Source: Gammaproteobacteria bacterium (lineage in GTDB: Bacteria > Pseudomonadota > Gammaproteobacteria > WOZS01). From it: a stretch of 59,601 bases of DNA. How positions within the stretch are numbered: position 1 is the first letter of the stretch; each line of letters opens with the position of its first letter. Below, in pieces: positions 28,410 to 38,669 of the stretch. The position numbers and the translations under genes were made by a program. A model generated the notes under the pieces. It was not told the DNA's origin, did not search any database, and saw only the letters and a program-made list of their open reading frames with translations. Where the stretch lies: positions 1 to 59,601 of the forward strand of contig WOZS01000005.1 of the NCBI GenBank assembly GCA_011620135.1, given 5' to 3'.

Positions 28410-28425
28410 TGCTTTGGGTGCCTGA
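28394..28425 (+). repeat. 16-nt exact tandem duplication spanning the xth stop codon
   Basis: TGCTTTGGGTGCCTGA at 28394-28409 and 28410-28425. Confidence 0.9.
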
Positions 28426-28462
28426 GTTCTGTGAGGGCGCTGCTGCAGATATAGAGCGTCAA

Positions 28463-28674
28463 TTATGCACAGCTTGTCAGCGTGACGTGGTCTTGATACC
28501 GGGGCATGCACCTCATCTGTTACGTTAGCAGCTAGATAACGTAACTACTTGATAAATAAAGAAATTATTTTCTGGTTCATCATGAACCAGCCGGGGTTCA
28601 GCCTTGATCTGCCGGGCTCTTACAAGACTTTTCACCAAACTATCCCCCAAGTTATCCACAGATTTTGTGAGTTA
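28463..28674. promoter_or_regulatory. DnaA-box cluster with IHF site (oriC/datA/DARS-like element)
   Basis: TTATGCACA at 28463-28471 and TTATCCACA at 28652-28660 match TTWTNCACA. IHF consensus TATCAAGTAGTTA on the minus strand at 28542-28554 with an adjacent A/T tract. Degenerate boxes at 28629, 28640 and 28666. Confidence 0.65.
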
Positions 28675-28794
28675 AAAAAGTCAACGGGATCATGCCGTTT
28701 TGCGGCATGGTCCCGAAGGGCGCTCTGGGTAGTTGGTCGGCATCGGGGCCTGACCCGCACTCATGCCGTGGCAAGAACAAGCCGTGCGGAGGTT

Positions 28795-29472
28795 TTATGA
28801 AGCAGTCCGTGGCGTTTCCTGATGCGCATCCGCTTCATGGTGATTGCCCGCAAAACGGCAGAGGTCGCAGACGAGGCATGCTGTGCAGCGAGGCCGCCGA
28901 GCCAGGCACACATAGCGGCCATGCAGGACCAGCCAGTGGTGCAGGTGGTGGCGGTAGGGTTCGGGAACAATGGCCTCGAGCTCTTTTTCGATGGCCAGCG
29001 GCGTCGTGCCTTTGGCCAGGCCCAGGCGTCTGGCCACGCGCTGCACATGGGTGTCCACGCCGATGGTGGGCTGATTGAAAACGGTGTTCAAAATGATATT
29101 GGCCGTCTTGCGGCCCACCCCCGGCAGGGCCATGAGCGCCTCCCGGCTGGCCGGCACCTCGCCGCCATGGCGCTCCAGCAACAACCGGCTGGCAGCAATG
29201 ACATGCCGAGCCTTGCTGCGATAGAGTCCCAGGGACTGGAACTGCCTGGCAAGACCTTCTTCACCCAGGGCCACCATGGCCACAGGGTGAGGTGCCATGG
29301 CAAAGAGTTTGTCCGTCACATTGTTGACCGACTTGTCGGTACTCTGGGCCGAGAGCATCACCGCCACCAGGAGCTGATATGGCGTTTCATAATGCAACTC
29401 GGTGGCCGGGTTGGGATCGTGGGCCGCAAAGCGTTCCAGGATGGCCAGGATGCGCTGCTGCTCAGCGCTCAT
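28795..29472 (-). CDS. nth: Endonuclease III
   Basis: LLVAVMLSAQSTD, HhH LPGVGRKTAN, VDTHV, 4Fe-4S motif C-x6-C-x2-C-x5-C. Confidence 0.96.
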   Translation of the reverse strand: MSAEQQRILAILERFAAHDPNPATELHYETPYQLLVAVMLSAQSTDKSVNNVTDKLFAMAPHPVAMVALGEEGLARQFQSLGLYRSKARHVIAASRLLLERHGGEVPASREALMALPGVGRKTANIILNTVFNQPTIGVDTHVQRVARRLGLAKGTTPLAIEKELEAIVPEPYRHHLHHWLVLHGRYVCLARRPRCTACLVCDLCRFAGNHHEADAHQETPRTAS

Positions 29473-29965
29473 AGGTGACAAAGGTCATGGCGTAGGCGTT
29501 GCGCGCATCGGCTTTGCGCTCACGGCGTGCCACCTCATGCCAACCGGCCTGTATGGGATCTGGTTGTGGAAAGAAGCGATCACCAGCAAAGGTGGCGTGG
29601 ATGCGGGTGAGGTAGAGGCGGCTTGCCTGTGGCAGGAACAGTGCAAAAATGGCTGCTCCGCCAATGACCATGATCTCATGGTTTTTGGCAGCGGCGCAGA
29701 GAGCCGCTTCCTTGTCCTGCACCCAGATCACCTCGGGAGGCATGGCCTGCGGTGTGGGGTCATGGCTCATGACCACATGACGTCGCCCAGGCAGCACCCG
29801 CCCCAGGCTCTCGAAGGTCTTGCGCCCCATGATCATGGGCTTGCCCATGGTGCAGGACTTGAAATGCCCAAGATCGGCTGGCAGATGCCAGGGCAGTGTG
29901 CCATTGGCCCCGATACAGCCCTGCTCATCCATGGCCACGATGAGGGCAAGGTGTGGGGTGTTCAT
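29462..29965 (-). CDS. folA: Dihydrofolate reductase
   Basis: [40 protein letters not shown]. Confidence 0.96.
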   Translation of the reverse strand: MNTPHLALIVAMDEQGCIGANGTLPWHLPADLGHFKSCTMGKPMIMGRKTFESLGRVLPGRRHVVMSHDPTPQAMPPEVIWVQDKEAALCAAAKNHEIMVIGGAAIFALFLPQASRLYLTRIHATFAGDRFFPQPDPIQAGWHEVARRERKADARNAYAMTFVTYER

Positions 29966-30756
29966 ACCGCAATGGGGGCAGGCAGGGCATCATGGGGCGC
30001 GTAACCCTGGATCCCGATGTCTTCGGGCTTGAACTCCCACAGGACGGTGCACCCGGGATCGAGCTCCAGGGTAGGGAGGCGTCGAGGTTCGCGTTGCAGC
30101 TGGGTCTGGGCTTGTTGTATGTGGTTGCGATAGAGATGGATATCACCAAAACTGACGAGCAGCTCCCCTACACCAAGACCAACCACCTGAGCGACCATGT
30201 GGGTGAGCAGGGCATAGCTTGCAATATTGAAGGGCACGCCCAGGAAGACATCGGCGCTGCGCTGGTAGAGGTGGCAGGACAAGCGCCCCTGTGCCACGTA
30301 GAATTGGAATAACAGATGGCATGGCGGCAGCGCCATCAGTGGCAGTTGCGCCACATTCCAGGCGCTGACCACATGGCGCCTGCTGTGGGGATCGTGCCGT
30401 AATTGTTCCACGACCTGCCCGAGCTGGTCGATGGTGGCGCCATCTGGAGCAGGCCAGGCGCGCCACTGGCGGCCATAGATGGGTCCCAGCTCACCATCGG
30501 AGTCGGCCCATTCATCCCAGATGTGCACACCGGCTTCCTGGAGCGGCCTGATATTGGTCTCGCCGCGCAGGAACCACAGCAGTTCATGGACGATGCCCCG
30601 GAAAAAGACCTTCTTGGTGGTGAGCAGGGGAAAGCCTCGTTGCAGATCCAGCCGCAGCTGGCCGCCGAAGACGCTCAATGTCCCCACGCCGGTGCGGTCG
30701 TCCTTGTGAAGGCCTTGGCGCAGCACCGTCTCCAGCAGCTGCAGGTACTCGCGCAC
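29962..30756 (-). CDS. thyA: Thymidylate synthase
   Basis: [46 protein letters not shown]. Confidence 0.98.
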   Translation of the reverse strand: MREYLQLLETVLRQGLHKDDRTGVGTLSVFGGQLRLDLQRGFPLLTTKKVFFRGIVHELLWFLRGETNIRPLQEAGVHIWDEWADSDGELGPIYGRQWRAWPAPDGATIDQLGQVVEQLRHDPHSRRHVVSAWNVAQLPLMALPPCHLLFQFYVAQGRLSCHLYQRSADVFLGVPFNIASYALLTHMVAQVVGLGVGELLVSFGDIHLYRNHIQQAQTQLQREPRRLPTLELDPGCTVLWEFKPEDIGIQGYAPHDALPAPIAV

Positions 30757-30759
30757 GGT

Positions 30760-32697
30760 TCACTCCAAGGTCCGGTGCCTGTCTTCCAGGAGACGCTCGA
30801 TCACCTCGGGATCTATCAATGTGCTGGTATCGCCCAGCTCGGACACATCGCCGCTGGCGATCTTGCGCAGGATGCGGCGCATGATCTTGCCCGAGCGGGT
30901 CTTGGGTAGATCGGTTGCCCACTGGATGATATCCGGCCGGGCGATGGGGCTGATCTCCCTGGTGACCAGGGCGATCAGCTCATGTTTCAGGGCATCGTCT
31001 GGGGTGATGTCGCTGACGGGCGTCACATAGGCGTATATGCCCTGACCCTTGATGTTGTGGGGGTAGGGGACCACAGCGGCCTCGGCCACCTTGGGGTGGC
31101 GCATCAGAGCGCTTTCCACCTCGGCCGTGCCCAGGCGATGCCCCGAGACGTTGATCACATCATCGGTGCGCCCGATGATCCAGTAGTCACCATCGGCATC
31201 GCGCTGTGCGCCATCGCCGGTATTGTAGATCCCGGGAAAGCGACTGAAATAGGTCTCGATGAAACGCTGGTGGTCGCCATAGACGGTACGCATCATGCCA
31301 GGCCATGGGGACTTGATCACCAGATTGCCAGAACCTGGCCCTTGCACCTCCTGGCCTGCATCGTCCAGCAGCGCAGGCTCGATGCCAAAGAAGGGCTTGG
31401 CGGCGGCCCCAGGTTTGAGCGTGGTGGAGCCTGGCAGGGGAGAGAGCATGATGCCGCCTGTCTCGGTCTGCCACCAGGTATCCACTATGGGGCAGCGCTC
31501 TTCGCCCACCTTGTGGTAATACCATTCCCAGGCTTCCGGATTGATGGGTTCTCCCACGCTGCCCAGCAGGCGCAGGCTCTTGCGGCTGGTGGAGTTGAGG
31601 TGCTGGTCCCCCGCGCCCATCAGGGCGCGAATGGCGGTGGGAGCTGTGTAGAGGATGGTGATGCCATGGCGGTCCACCACACGCCACATGCGCGAAGCAT
31701 CCGGATAGGTGGGCACCCCCTCATAGAGCACCGTGGTCCCGCCATGTGCCAGCACGCCATAGACCGCATAGCTGTGACCTGTGATCCAGCCGATGTCAGC
31801 GGTGCACCAGAAAATATCCTCAGACTGGTAGTCGAATACGGTCTGCAAGGTGGTGGCGGCATAGAGCAGATAGCCGGCTGTGGTATGCAAGACCCCCTTT
31901 GGTTTTCCTGTGGAGCCCGAGGTGTAGAGGATGAACAGAGGGTCTTCTGCAGCCATGGGCCGTGCCGGGCACTGCGGGCTTGCATCGGCCATCAAAGCAT
32001 TGAGATCCAGATCGCGCCCGGCGGTCATGGGTACGGTGGTCGCGGTGTGCTGCACCACCAAACAGTGGCGCACGCTGGGGGTTTCCTGAAGCGCTTCGTC
32101 CACATGACTTTTGAGGGGCTGTCTGCGCCCGCCACGGCATCCCTCGCTGGCAGTGATGAGGATGGCAGCCTGGGAGTCATTGATCCGCTCGCGCAGTGCT
32201 GCAGAGGAAAATCCGCCAAAGACCACAGAATGAATCGCACCAATACGGGTACAGGCCAACATGGCGACCACCGCCTGGGGGATCATGGGCATGTAGAGGC
32301 AGACCGGGTCGCCGGGCTGCACATCGAGTTGCAGCAGCACATTGGCGAGCCTGCAGACCTGCTCGTGCAGTTCCCGATAGGTCAGGCTGTAACCCTGATC
32401 AGGCTCATCTGCCTCCCAGATGAGCGCTGTCCTGGCGCCATCTCGTTCCAGGTGGCGGTCCAGGCAGTTGTCGCTCACATTGAGCATGCCGCCATCGAAC
32501 CAGCGCAACCGGGCCTGATCTGGCTCCCAGTGGCGCACGGTATGCCATGGTTTGCTCCAGCGCAGGCGGTGTTCTGCCTGCCGCGCCCAGAACCCCTCTG
32601 GGTCCTCGAGTGACTCCTGATACAGCCGGGCGTATTCCTCGGCAGACATGGATGATGTGGCTTGCCAGTGCAATGGCAGGGGATAGGTTGTGGCCAT
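30760..32697 (-). CDS. acs: Acetyl-CoA synthetase
   Basis: LYTSGSTGKPKG, ADIGWITGHSY, VGEPINPEAW, DTWWQTETG, LPKTRSGKIMRR. Confidence 0.97.
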   Translation of the reverse strand: MATTYPLPLHWQATSSMSAEEYARLYQESLEDPEGFWARQAEHRLRWSKPWHTVRHWEPDQARLRWFDGGMLNVSDNCLDRHLERDGARTALIWEADEPDQGYSLTYRELHEQVCRLANVLLQLDVQPGDPVCLYMPMIPQAVVAMLACTRIGAIHSVVFGGFSSAALRERINDSQAAILITASEGCRGGRRQPLKSHVDEALQETPSVRHCLVVQHTATTVPMTAGRDLDLNALMADASPQCPARPMAAEDPLFILYTSGSTGKPKGVLHTTAGYLLYAATTLQTVFDYQSEDIFWCTADIGWITGHSYAVYGVLAHGGTTVLYEGVPTYPDASRMWRVVDRHGITILYTAPTAIRALMGAGDQHLNSTSRKSLRLLGSVGEPINPEAWEWYYHKVGEERCPIVDTWWQTETGGIMLSPLPGSTTLKPGAAAKPFFGIEPALLDDAGQEVQGPGSGNLVIKSPWPGMMRTVYGDHQRFIETYFSRFPGIYNTGDGAQRDADGDYWIIGRTDDVINVSGHRLGTAEVESALMRHPKVAEAAVVPYPHNIKGQGIYAYVTPVSDITPDDALKHELIALVTREISPIARPDIIQWATDLPKTRSGKIMRRILRKIASGDVSELGDTSTLIDPEVIERLLEDRHRTLE

Positions 32698-32872
32698 GCG
32701 GAATCCTGCTCGTTCTGTGCGTCGGACGCAAATATGGTAGGCTTGCTGCTTGCGTCAGGCAAGACAGCCTGGATCCAGGGTGGATGGCGGCCTGGGGCCC
32801 TTGCTGTACCTGACCATCTCTTGGCATTGTACAAGATGCTCCATGAGGAAGCAGCATCCGTTGGAGGCAGTG

Positions 32873-33688
32873 ATGCAATCCATAACACAGCATGACCAGG
32901 GGGCGGTGCTTATCCTGGGTGGTGGCGCCCTGGGCGCGGCCCTGGCGCAGGGGTGGGCCAGGCACAGGGCCGTGACGGTGGTGGAGCCCAGGATGGAACG
33001 TCATGCCCATCTGGAGACACTGGGAGCCAGCCCCTGCACCGCACTGCCTGATCACGCGGCCGTGGTGGTGCTGGCCGTCAAGCCGGACAGGATCGCTGCG
33101 GCATGTCGGGAGTTGCGCCAGGTGTTGCGGCAAGCGCCGCTTTTCGTGCTCAGCATGGCCGCTGGCGTGAGCCTCGCAAGCCTGCGCCACCACCTGGCCG
33201 ATTGGTGTCCCGTGCTGCGCGCCATGCCCAACCTGGCCGCTGCCCAGGGTGCGGCCATGAGCGTGCTTTATGGCGAGCAGATCCCCCAGGCCATCCGTGA
33301 TGAGGCGCTGCATCTGCTGCAGCTGGCAGGACGCGTGCTGTGGGTGCGCGATGAGCAGGCCATGGATGCGGCGACGGCCATCTGCGGCAGCGGGCCTGCC
33401 TATGTGCTGCGCTTCATGGCTTGTCTGGAAAAGGAGGCCATGGGACTGGGTTTCACCAGGGAAGAAGCCCACGACATGGTGGTGCAGACCACGCTGGGCG
33501 CAGCCCTGATGGCCAAGACGTGCGGGGATTGCGAGGACCTGGTTGCCCAGGTAGCCTCCAGGGGAGGGACCACCGAGGCAGCCCTGTCCCAGCTGGATGG
33601 TCTTCAGGAGCTGCTGCACAACGCGGTCACCGAGGCGGTGCGGCGGGCCAATGCATTACGGGAGCAGTACGGTCATGATGATGCATGA
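32873..33688 (+). CDS. proC: Pyrroline-5-carboxylate reductase
   Basis: GGGALG, LAVKP, SMAAG, RAMPN, ICGSGPAY, VASRGGTT. Start after a GGAGG RBS. Confidence 0.93.
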   Translation: MQSITQHDQGAVLILGGGALGAALAQGWARHRAVTVVEPRMERHAHLETLGASPCTALPDHAAVVVLAVKPDRIAAACRELRQVLRQAPLFVLSMAAGVSLASLRHHLADWCPVLRAMPNLAAAQGAAMSVLYGEQIPQAIRDEALHLLQLAGRVLWVRDEQAMDAATAICGSGPAYVLRFMACLEKEAMGLGFTREEAHDMVVQTTLGAALMAKTCGDCEDLVAQVASRGGTTEAALSQLDGLQELLHNAVTEAVRRANALREQYGHDDA

Positions 33689-34217
33689 TGCATTATGGTA
33701 TCTGGTGCGCTCGGTGAGCATGATCGTCATCGGTGTGATGCTGTTGCGCTTCCTGAGTCAGTTGGTGGGTGCCAGCACCAGGAATCCGGTCTGTGCCGCC
33801 TTGTTGCGGCTCACCGATCCTGTGCTGCGCCCCTTGCGCCGTATCGTGCCTGGCAATAGGCGTGTCGACGGCGCCTCGCTGACCGTGGTGATTGGCCTGG
33901 AACTGGTCTATACCCTGGGCGTTTTGGTGCTGGCCGACCTGCGCCCCAGTCCCATGCCGGCCTTGCGCCTTGCCATGGTGGATCTCCTGTTGTTGCTGAT
34001 CAACATCATGACAGCCAGCCTCATTGTGGAGGCTGTCCTGAGTTGGATTGCCCCCCATCACCCTGTATCCTTTTTCAGCCAGGAACTCAACGCGCCACTG
34101 CTGGATCCGGCGCGGCGGTTGCTTCCCGATCTGGGGGGGCTCGATCTGTCGCCGGTGCTGGTGCTGTTGCTGTTGCAATTTCTGCGCCGCGCCCTCTTGC
34201 CATGGGCCATGTTTTGA
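33681..34217 (+). CDS. yggT: YggT family membrane protein
   Basis: Two YGGT repeats (RLTDPVLRPLRRIVP and PLLDPARRLLP..GGLDLSP). Start uncertain (33675, 33678 or 33681). Confidence 0.9.
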   Translation: MHDALWYLVRSVSMIVIGVMLLRFLSQLVGASTRNPVCAALLRLTDPVLRPLRRIVPGNRRVDGASLTVVIGLELVYTLGVLVLADLRPSPMPALRLAMVDLLLLLINIMTASLIVEAVLSWIAPHHPVSFFSQELNAPLLDPARRLLPDLGGLDLSPVLVLLLLQFLRRALLPWAMF

Positions 34218-34513
34218 TGGTTGCAGACCCTCCAGGTACACTGGTGATCCAGGTGCGGGTAACCACCGGGGCCCGTGGCAGCCCCCGGGCAGCATGGCAG
34301 GGTGAGCACATGGCGGTCTGGCTCAATGTCATCCCGGAAAAGGGCCGGGCCAACAAGGCATTGCAGGTACTGCTGGCCGAGCTGTTCGGGGTGGCTCCCT
34401 CTGCGGTGCGCATCGTCAAGGGGGCCACGAGCCGCACCAAACTTGTATCCATTGTCGCCCCCGGGACATGGCCGCCCGGTTGTCCTGCCCGGTTGCCAGC
34501 AAGCAGCGCATGA
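34217..34513 (+). CDS. yggU: DUF167/YggU family protein
   Basis: TGATG overlap; [16 protein letters not shown]...[10 protein letters not shown] motif. Confidence 0.85.
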   Translation: MVADPPGTLVIQVRVTTGARGSPRAAWQGEHMAVWLNVIPEKGRANKALQVLLAELFGVAPSAVRIVKGATSRTKLVSIVAPGTWPPGCPARLPASSA

Positions 34514-35664
34514 GTGCATCGCCTGTGGCGGCTCAGGAATCCTCGGTGGGATTGGTGGTGCCCCAGACCCTGGTGGTGGATGAGCCCCTGGCCCTGCAGT
34601 GCGGTAAGGTCCTGCCTGCCTATCAGCTCAGCTACGAAACCTATGGCACGCTCAATGCGGCGCGCAGCAATGCCGTCTTGATCTGCCATGCCCTGTCCGG
34701 TGACCATCATGCGGCAGGCTATCACAATACCGCCGACAAGCGACCTGGCTGGTGGGACAACTGTATCGGACCCGGCAAGCCCTTCGATACCAATCGTTTT
34801 TTTGTGGTCTGCATGAACAATCTGGGGGGATGCGGCGGTTCCACGGGGCCTGCGGCCATCAACCCACAGACGGGCAAACCCTATGGACCAGATTTCCCCA
34901 TCGTGACGGTGCGCGACTGGGTCACCACCCAGCAGCGCCTGGGTCTGGCGCTGGGCATCGAACGCTTCGCGGTGGTGGCGGGGGGTAGTCTCGGTGGCAT
35001 GCAGGCCCTGGATTGGGCCATCTCCCAATCTGAGCACATCGCCCATGCCATCGTCATTGCCGCAGCACCCAAGCTCTCGGCGCAGAACATCGCCTTCAAC
35101 GAGGTGGCGCGCCAGGCCATCCTGGCAGACCCCGACTTCCATGGCGGCCGCTATGCCGAGCACCTCACCAAGCCGCGCCGCGGTCTGATGCTGGCCCGCA
35201 TGCTGGGGCACATCACCTATCTGTCCGAGGCGGCCATGCGCAGCCGTTTTGGCCGGGAGTTGCGCGAGGGCCGCATCGGCTTCGGTTTCGATGTGGAGTT
35301 CCAGGTGGAGAGCTACCTGCGTCATCAGGGACAGAGCTTCGTGGATCGCTTCGATGCCAACACCTATCTGCTGATGACCAAGGCGCTGGATTACTTCGAT
35401 CCTGCAGCAGCCTTCGATGGCGATCTGAGTCGGGCCTTTTCGGGAGTGACGACTCGTTTTCTGGTGTTGTCCTTCCAGCGGGATTGGCGGTTTCCCCCGG
35501 AACGCTCCTGGGAGATCGTCAAGGCGCTGACCGATGCCGACTGTCGGGTGTGTGCCATGGAGCTGCCCGGGGACCTGGGACACGATGATTTTCTCAAGGC
35601 CGATCCGGCCTATCATGGTGTGTTGCAGGCCTACATGGAACGGGTGGCCAGGATCTGCCTGTGA
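34510..35664 (+). CDS. metX: Homoserine O-acyltransferase MetX
   Basis: [28 protein letters not shown] nucleophile, GHDDF. Confidence 0.95.
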   Translation: MSASPVAAQESSVGLVVPQTLVVDEPLALQCGKVLPAYQLSYETYGTLNAARSNAVLICHALSGDHHAAGYHNTADKRPGWWDNCIGPGKPFDTNRFFVVCMNNLGGCGGSTGPAAINPQTGKPYGPDFPIVTVRDWVTTQQRLGLALGIERFAVVAGGSLGGMQALDWAISQSEHIAHAIVIAAAPKLSAQNIAFNEVARQAILADPDFHGGRYAEHLTKPRRGLMLARMLGHITYLSEAAMRSRFGRELREGRIGFGFDVEFQVESYLRHQGQSFVDRFDANTYLLMTKALDYFDPAAAFDGDLSRAFSGVTTRFLVLSFQRDWRFPPERSWEIVKALTDADCRVCAMELPGDLGHDDFLKADPAYHGVLQAYMERVARICL

Positions 35665-36296
35665 GTGCCAGCAGCATGCCCATAGGCCTGCGTCCTGACC
35701 TTGCCATCATCAGCACCTGGGTGCGCCCAGGCAGCCGGGTGCTGGACCTGGGCTGTGGTGATGGCACGCTGCTGGCCTATCTCAGCGAGCAGACCGGGGT
35801 GCGGGGCTATGGCCTGGAGATCGATCCGCACCAGGCCCTTTTGGCTATGTCCAAGGGGGTGGATGTGATCCAGGCCGACATCGACGAGGGATTGGGTGGC
35901 TTTGCCGATGACAGTTTCGACTATGTCATCATGACCAGGGCGCTGCAGGCGGTGTACCATCCACTCAAGCTGCTTTTCGAGATGTTGCGGGTGGGTCGCC
36001 AGGGTATCGTCACTTTCCCCAATTATGGCTACTGGCGGTGTCGCATCCAGTTCGTTGCCAAGGGCCGCATGCCGGTGAGTCCCGCCCTGCCGCAGCCTTG
36101 GCATGCCACGGCCAATATCCATCCGTGCACGGTGGCCGATTTCGAGGATCTGTGCAGCGCTCATGGCGTAGCCATCTTGGAGCGGCGCATGGTGGATGAG
36201 CGTCACCGGCAGGGCTGGTGGATGCAGTGGTGGCCCAATGTGCTGGGCGAGATTGCCCTGTACCGCCTGCAGTGGCGTACGGCGGCTGGAACATGA
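35661..36296 (+). CDS. metW: Methionine biosynthesis protein MetW
   Basis: [31 protein letters not shown]-like motif; follows metX. Confidence 0.93.
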   Translation: MSASSMPIGLRPDLAIISTWVRPGSRVLDLGCGDGTLLAYLSEQTGVRGYGLEIDPHQALLAMSKGVDVIQADIDEGLGGFADDSFDYVIMTRALQAVYHPLKLLFEMLRVGRQGIVTFPNYGYWRCRIQFVAKGRMPVSPALPQPWHATANIHPCTVADFEDLCSAHGVAILERRMVDERHRQGWWMQWWPNVLGEIALYRLQWRTAAGT

Positions 36297-38206
36297 GCGA
36301 GCCAGGGTCCGCCAGGGTTACCAGGAATCCCAGCAAAAAGGCACCTCCCCTCCATGCCCTGACGCTGGGGGCGTTGGGCATCGTCTTTGGCGACATCGGC
36401 ACAAGCCCCCTGTATGCCCTGCGCGAGGCGTTTTCCGAGCTGTCCGGCCTACAGGTGACCACAGGGCATGTCCATGGTGTCGTCTCGTTGATCATTTGGT
36501 CTTTGCTGTTCGTGATCTCGCTCAAGTACCTGGTGGTGATGCTGCGCGCCAACAATCGGGGCGAGGGCGGTATCCTGGCGTTGGTGGCGCTGCTGGGACC
36601 CTGGCAGCAAGCCAGAGACCAGCGTTCCCACCTGCTCCTGGTCCTGCTCGGGTTGCTGGGGGCTGCCTTGCTGTATGGCGACAGCACCATTACGCCGGCC
36701 ATCTCGGTGCTCAGTGCCATCGAGGGGCTTGCCATGCCTGCACCGCAACTCGCCCATTGGTCCATGCCGCTTGCCATGGCGGCACTGGTGGCCCTTTTTG
36801 CCGTGCAATCCAGGGGTTCGACCAGGGTTGGTGCCCTGTTTGGACCAGTGATGCTGTTTTGGTTTTTGGTGGTAGGCGCTTTGGGTTTGGCTGGTATCAT
36901 CCGCCATCCCATGATTCTCCAGGCCCTCGACCCTCAATGGGGCATCTCCTTTCTCACCCACAGTCCCAAGCAGGGTTTTTTCACCCTGGGGGCCGTCTTC
37001 CTGGCGGTGACCGGGGCCGAGGCGCTGTATGCCGACATGGGCCATTTTGGGGCCAGGCCCATCCGGCTCGCCTGGATCGTGGTGGTCCTGCCGGCCTTGA
37101 TCCTGAACTACCTGGGCCAAGGGGCCATGCTGCTCAGCAAGGAGGGTGCGGCCCAGCATCCCTTCTTTGCCTTGGCCCCTGCCTGGGCGCTGTATCCCTT
37201 GATCGGGCTGGCAACACTTGCTGCCATCATTGCCTCGCAGGCGGTGATCACCAGCGCCTTTTCACTGACCCGCCAGGCAGTGCAGCTGGATGTGCTGCCG
37301 CGCATGAAGATTCAGCAGACCTCTTCGGAGTCCTATGGCCAGATCTATGTCCCGCTGGTCAATTGGCTGTTGTTGTTGGCCACCGTGGGTCTGGTGATCG
37401 GCTTTGGCGATTCTGGCTCCCTGGCGGGGGCCTATGGCATTGCGGTCTCGGCCAACATGGTGATCACCACGATCCTGGTGCTGTTCCTGCGCAAGGTCTT
37501 CGGGTCCTCAGCCTGGTGGGTCCTGCCGTGTGCCTGTGGTTTTTTTGTGATTGATGCCGCCTTTTTCCTGGCCAACGGCATCAAGGTGGCCTATGGCGGC
37601 TGGTACCCGTTGTCCGTCGCCACGGTGCTTATGGTGATCATGAGCACCTGGCGGCGTGGCCGGCAGCTGCTGAGGGAGCGCCTCCAGCCCGCCAGCGAAC
37701 CATTGCAGACGTTCATCCAGCGCCTGCAACAGGAGCCGCCGGTGCGTGTGCCAGGTATTGCCGTATTCCTGACTGCCTCGCCACCATGGACACCCCCTAT
37801 GCTCCAGCATCATCTGGAGTACAACCGTGCCTTACAAGAACAGGTGATCCTGCTCACCGTGCAGGTGGCAGGCGTACCGCGGGTGCCGGCCTCCAAAAGG
37901 CTGGAATGGCATTCATTTGGCGAAGGGGTGCACGGTGTGCTTGTGCGCTATGGGTTCAATCAGGCAGTGAATGTGCCGGTGGCGCTGCGCCTTGCCGAGG
38001 AAACCCATGGCATAAGGCTGGATCTTGAGTCTGTCACCTATTACGTGGGCCGAGAGACCATGATCCCTTCAGCCGAGAAGCCGGGCATGGCGTTGTGGCG
38101 CGAACATCTATTCGCCTTTCTGGCGCGCAATGCGCTCAGCGCGGCGGCCTATTATGGTATCCCCCCGGAACATGTGGTGGAGCTGGGTATCCAGGTGGAG
38201 CTGTGA
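36293..38206 (+). CDS. kup: KUP/HAK/KT potassium transporter
   Basis: GIVFGDIGTSPLYA, NRGEGG, YGDSTITPAISVLSA, TGAEALYADMGHFG, GQIYVP. Confidence 0.96.
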   Translation: MSEPGSARVTRNPSKKAPPLHALTLGALGIVFGDIGTSPLYALREAFSELSGLQVTTGHVHGVVSLIIWSLLFVISLKYLVVMLRANNRGEGGILALVALLGPWQQARDQRSHLLLVLLGLLGAALLYGDSTITPAISVLSAIEGLAMPAPQLAHWSMPLAMAALVALFAVQSRGSTRVGALFGPVMLFWFLVVGALGLAGIIRHPMILQALDPQWGISFLTHSPKQGFFTLGAVFLAVTGAEALYADMGHFGARPIRLAWIVVVLPALILNYLGQGAMLLSKEGAAQHPFFALAPAWALYPLIGLATLAAIIASQAVITSAFSLTRQAVQLDVLPRMKIQQTSSESYGQIYVPLVNWLLLLATVGLVIGFGDSGSLAGAYGIAVSANMVITTILVLFLRKVFGSSAWWVLPCACGFFVIDAAFFLANGIKVAYGGWYPLSVATVLMVIMSTWRRGRQLLRERLQPASEPLQTFIQRLQQEPPVRVPGIAVFLTASPPWTPPMLQHHLEYNRALQEQVILLTVQVAGVPRVPASKRLEWHSFGEGVHGVLVRYGFNQAVNVPVALRLAEETHGIRLDLESVTYYVGRETMIPSAEKPGMALWREHLFAFLARNALSAAAYYGIPPEHVVELGIQVEL

Positions 38207-38459
38207 GCGGTTCGAAGTCGGGCAGAGCGACCCGGCCAAGACGCTGGTCTCGATGGGTGGCGCGCCCAATGGGCATGCCGCCCGGCACGTCTTGTGAGCC
38301 CATAGAGAGGATATCCAGCGCCAAGCCGACCGCCTCAGGGTGAACAGGGTGGCCCGGTCATCCCCTGGTTGCCCATGGCCAAGCCCTTCCCGGGCTTCCT
38401 CCATCCAGTGCCCAGGACATGGTAGACTGCATCTGCGTGGATTGGCGGGGGCACGGACA

Positions 38460-38669
38460 ATGGCTTGTGGAAGGCTGAAAACAGGATGTCTTTTGCTGGG
38501 TTTTCTTGCCCTGGTGGCAGGTTGTGGCAGGAAAGGCCCTTTGTACCTGCCAAAGGAAAAGCCGGCGAGCCAGGAAGCCCCGCAGGCAGGGCAGCAGTCT
38601 TCCCCTATCCCGGAAAACAAGCCAGCAGCAGACAAGAGTCCTGCCGGTGCTTCCCGTGATTCATCCTGA
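38460..38669 (+). CDS. lptM: LPS translocon maturation lipoprotein LptM (YifL)
   Basis: Lipobox VAG-C followed by CGRKGPLYLP, low-complexity tail, directly upstream of lysA. Confidence 0.85.
   Translation: MACGRLKTGCLLLGFLALVAGCGRKGPLYLPKEKPASQEAPQAGQQSSPIPENKPAADKSPAGASRDSS

Noticed and set aside
28517-28531. Possible LexA box between xth and nth
   Set aside because: CTG-N9-CAG has the wrong spacing (N10 needed), and the site lies between convergent 3' ends.
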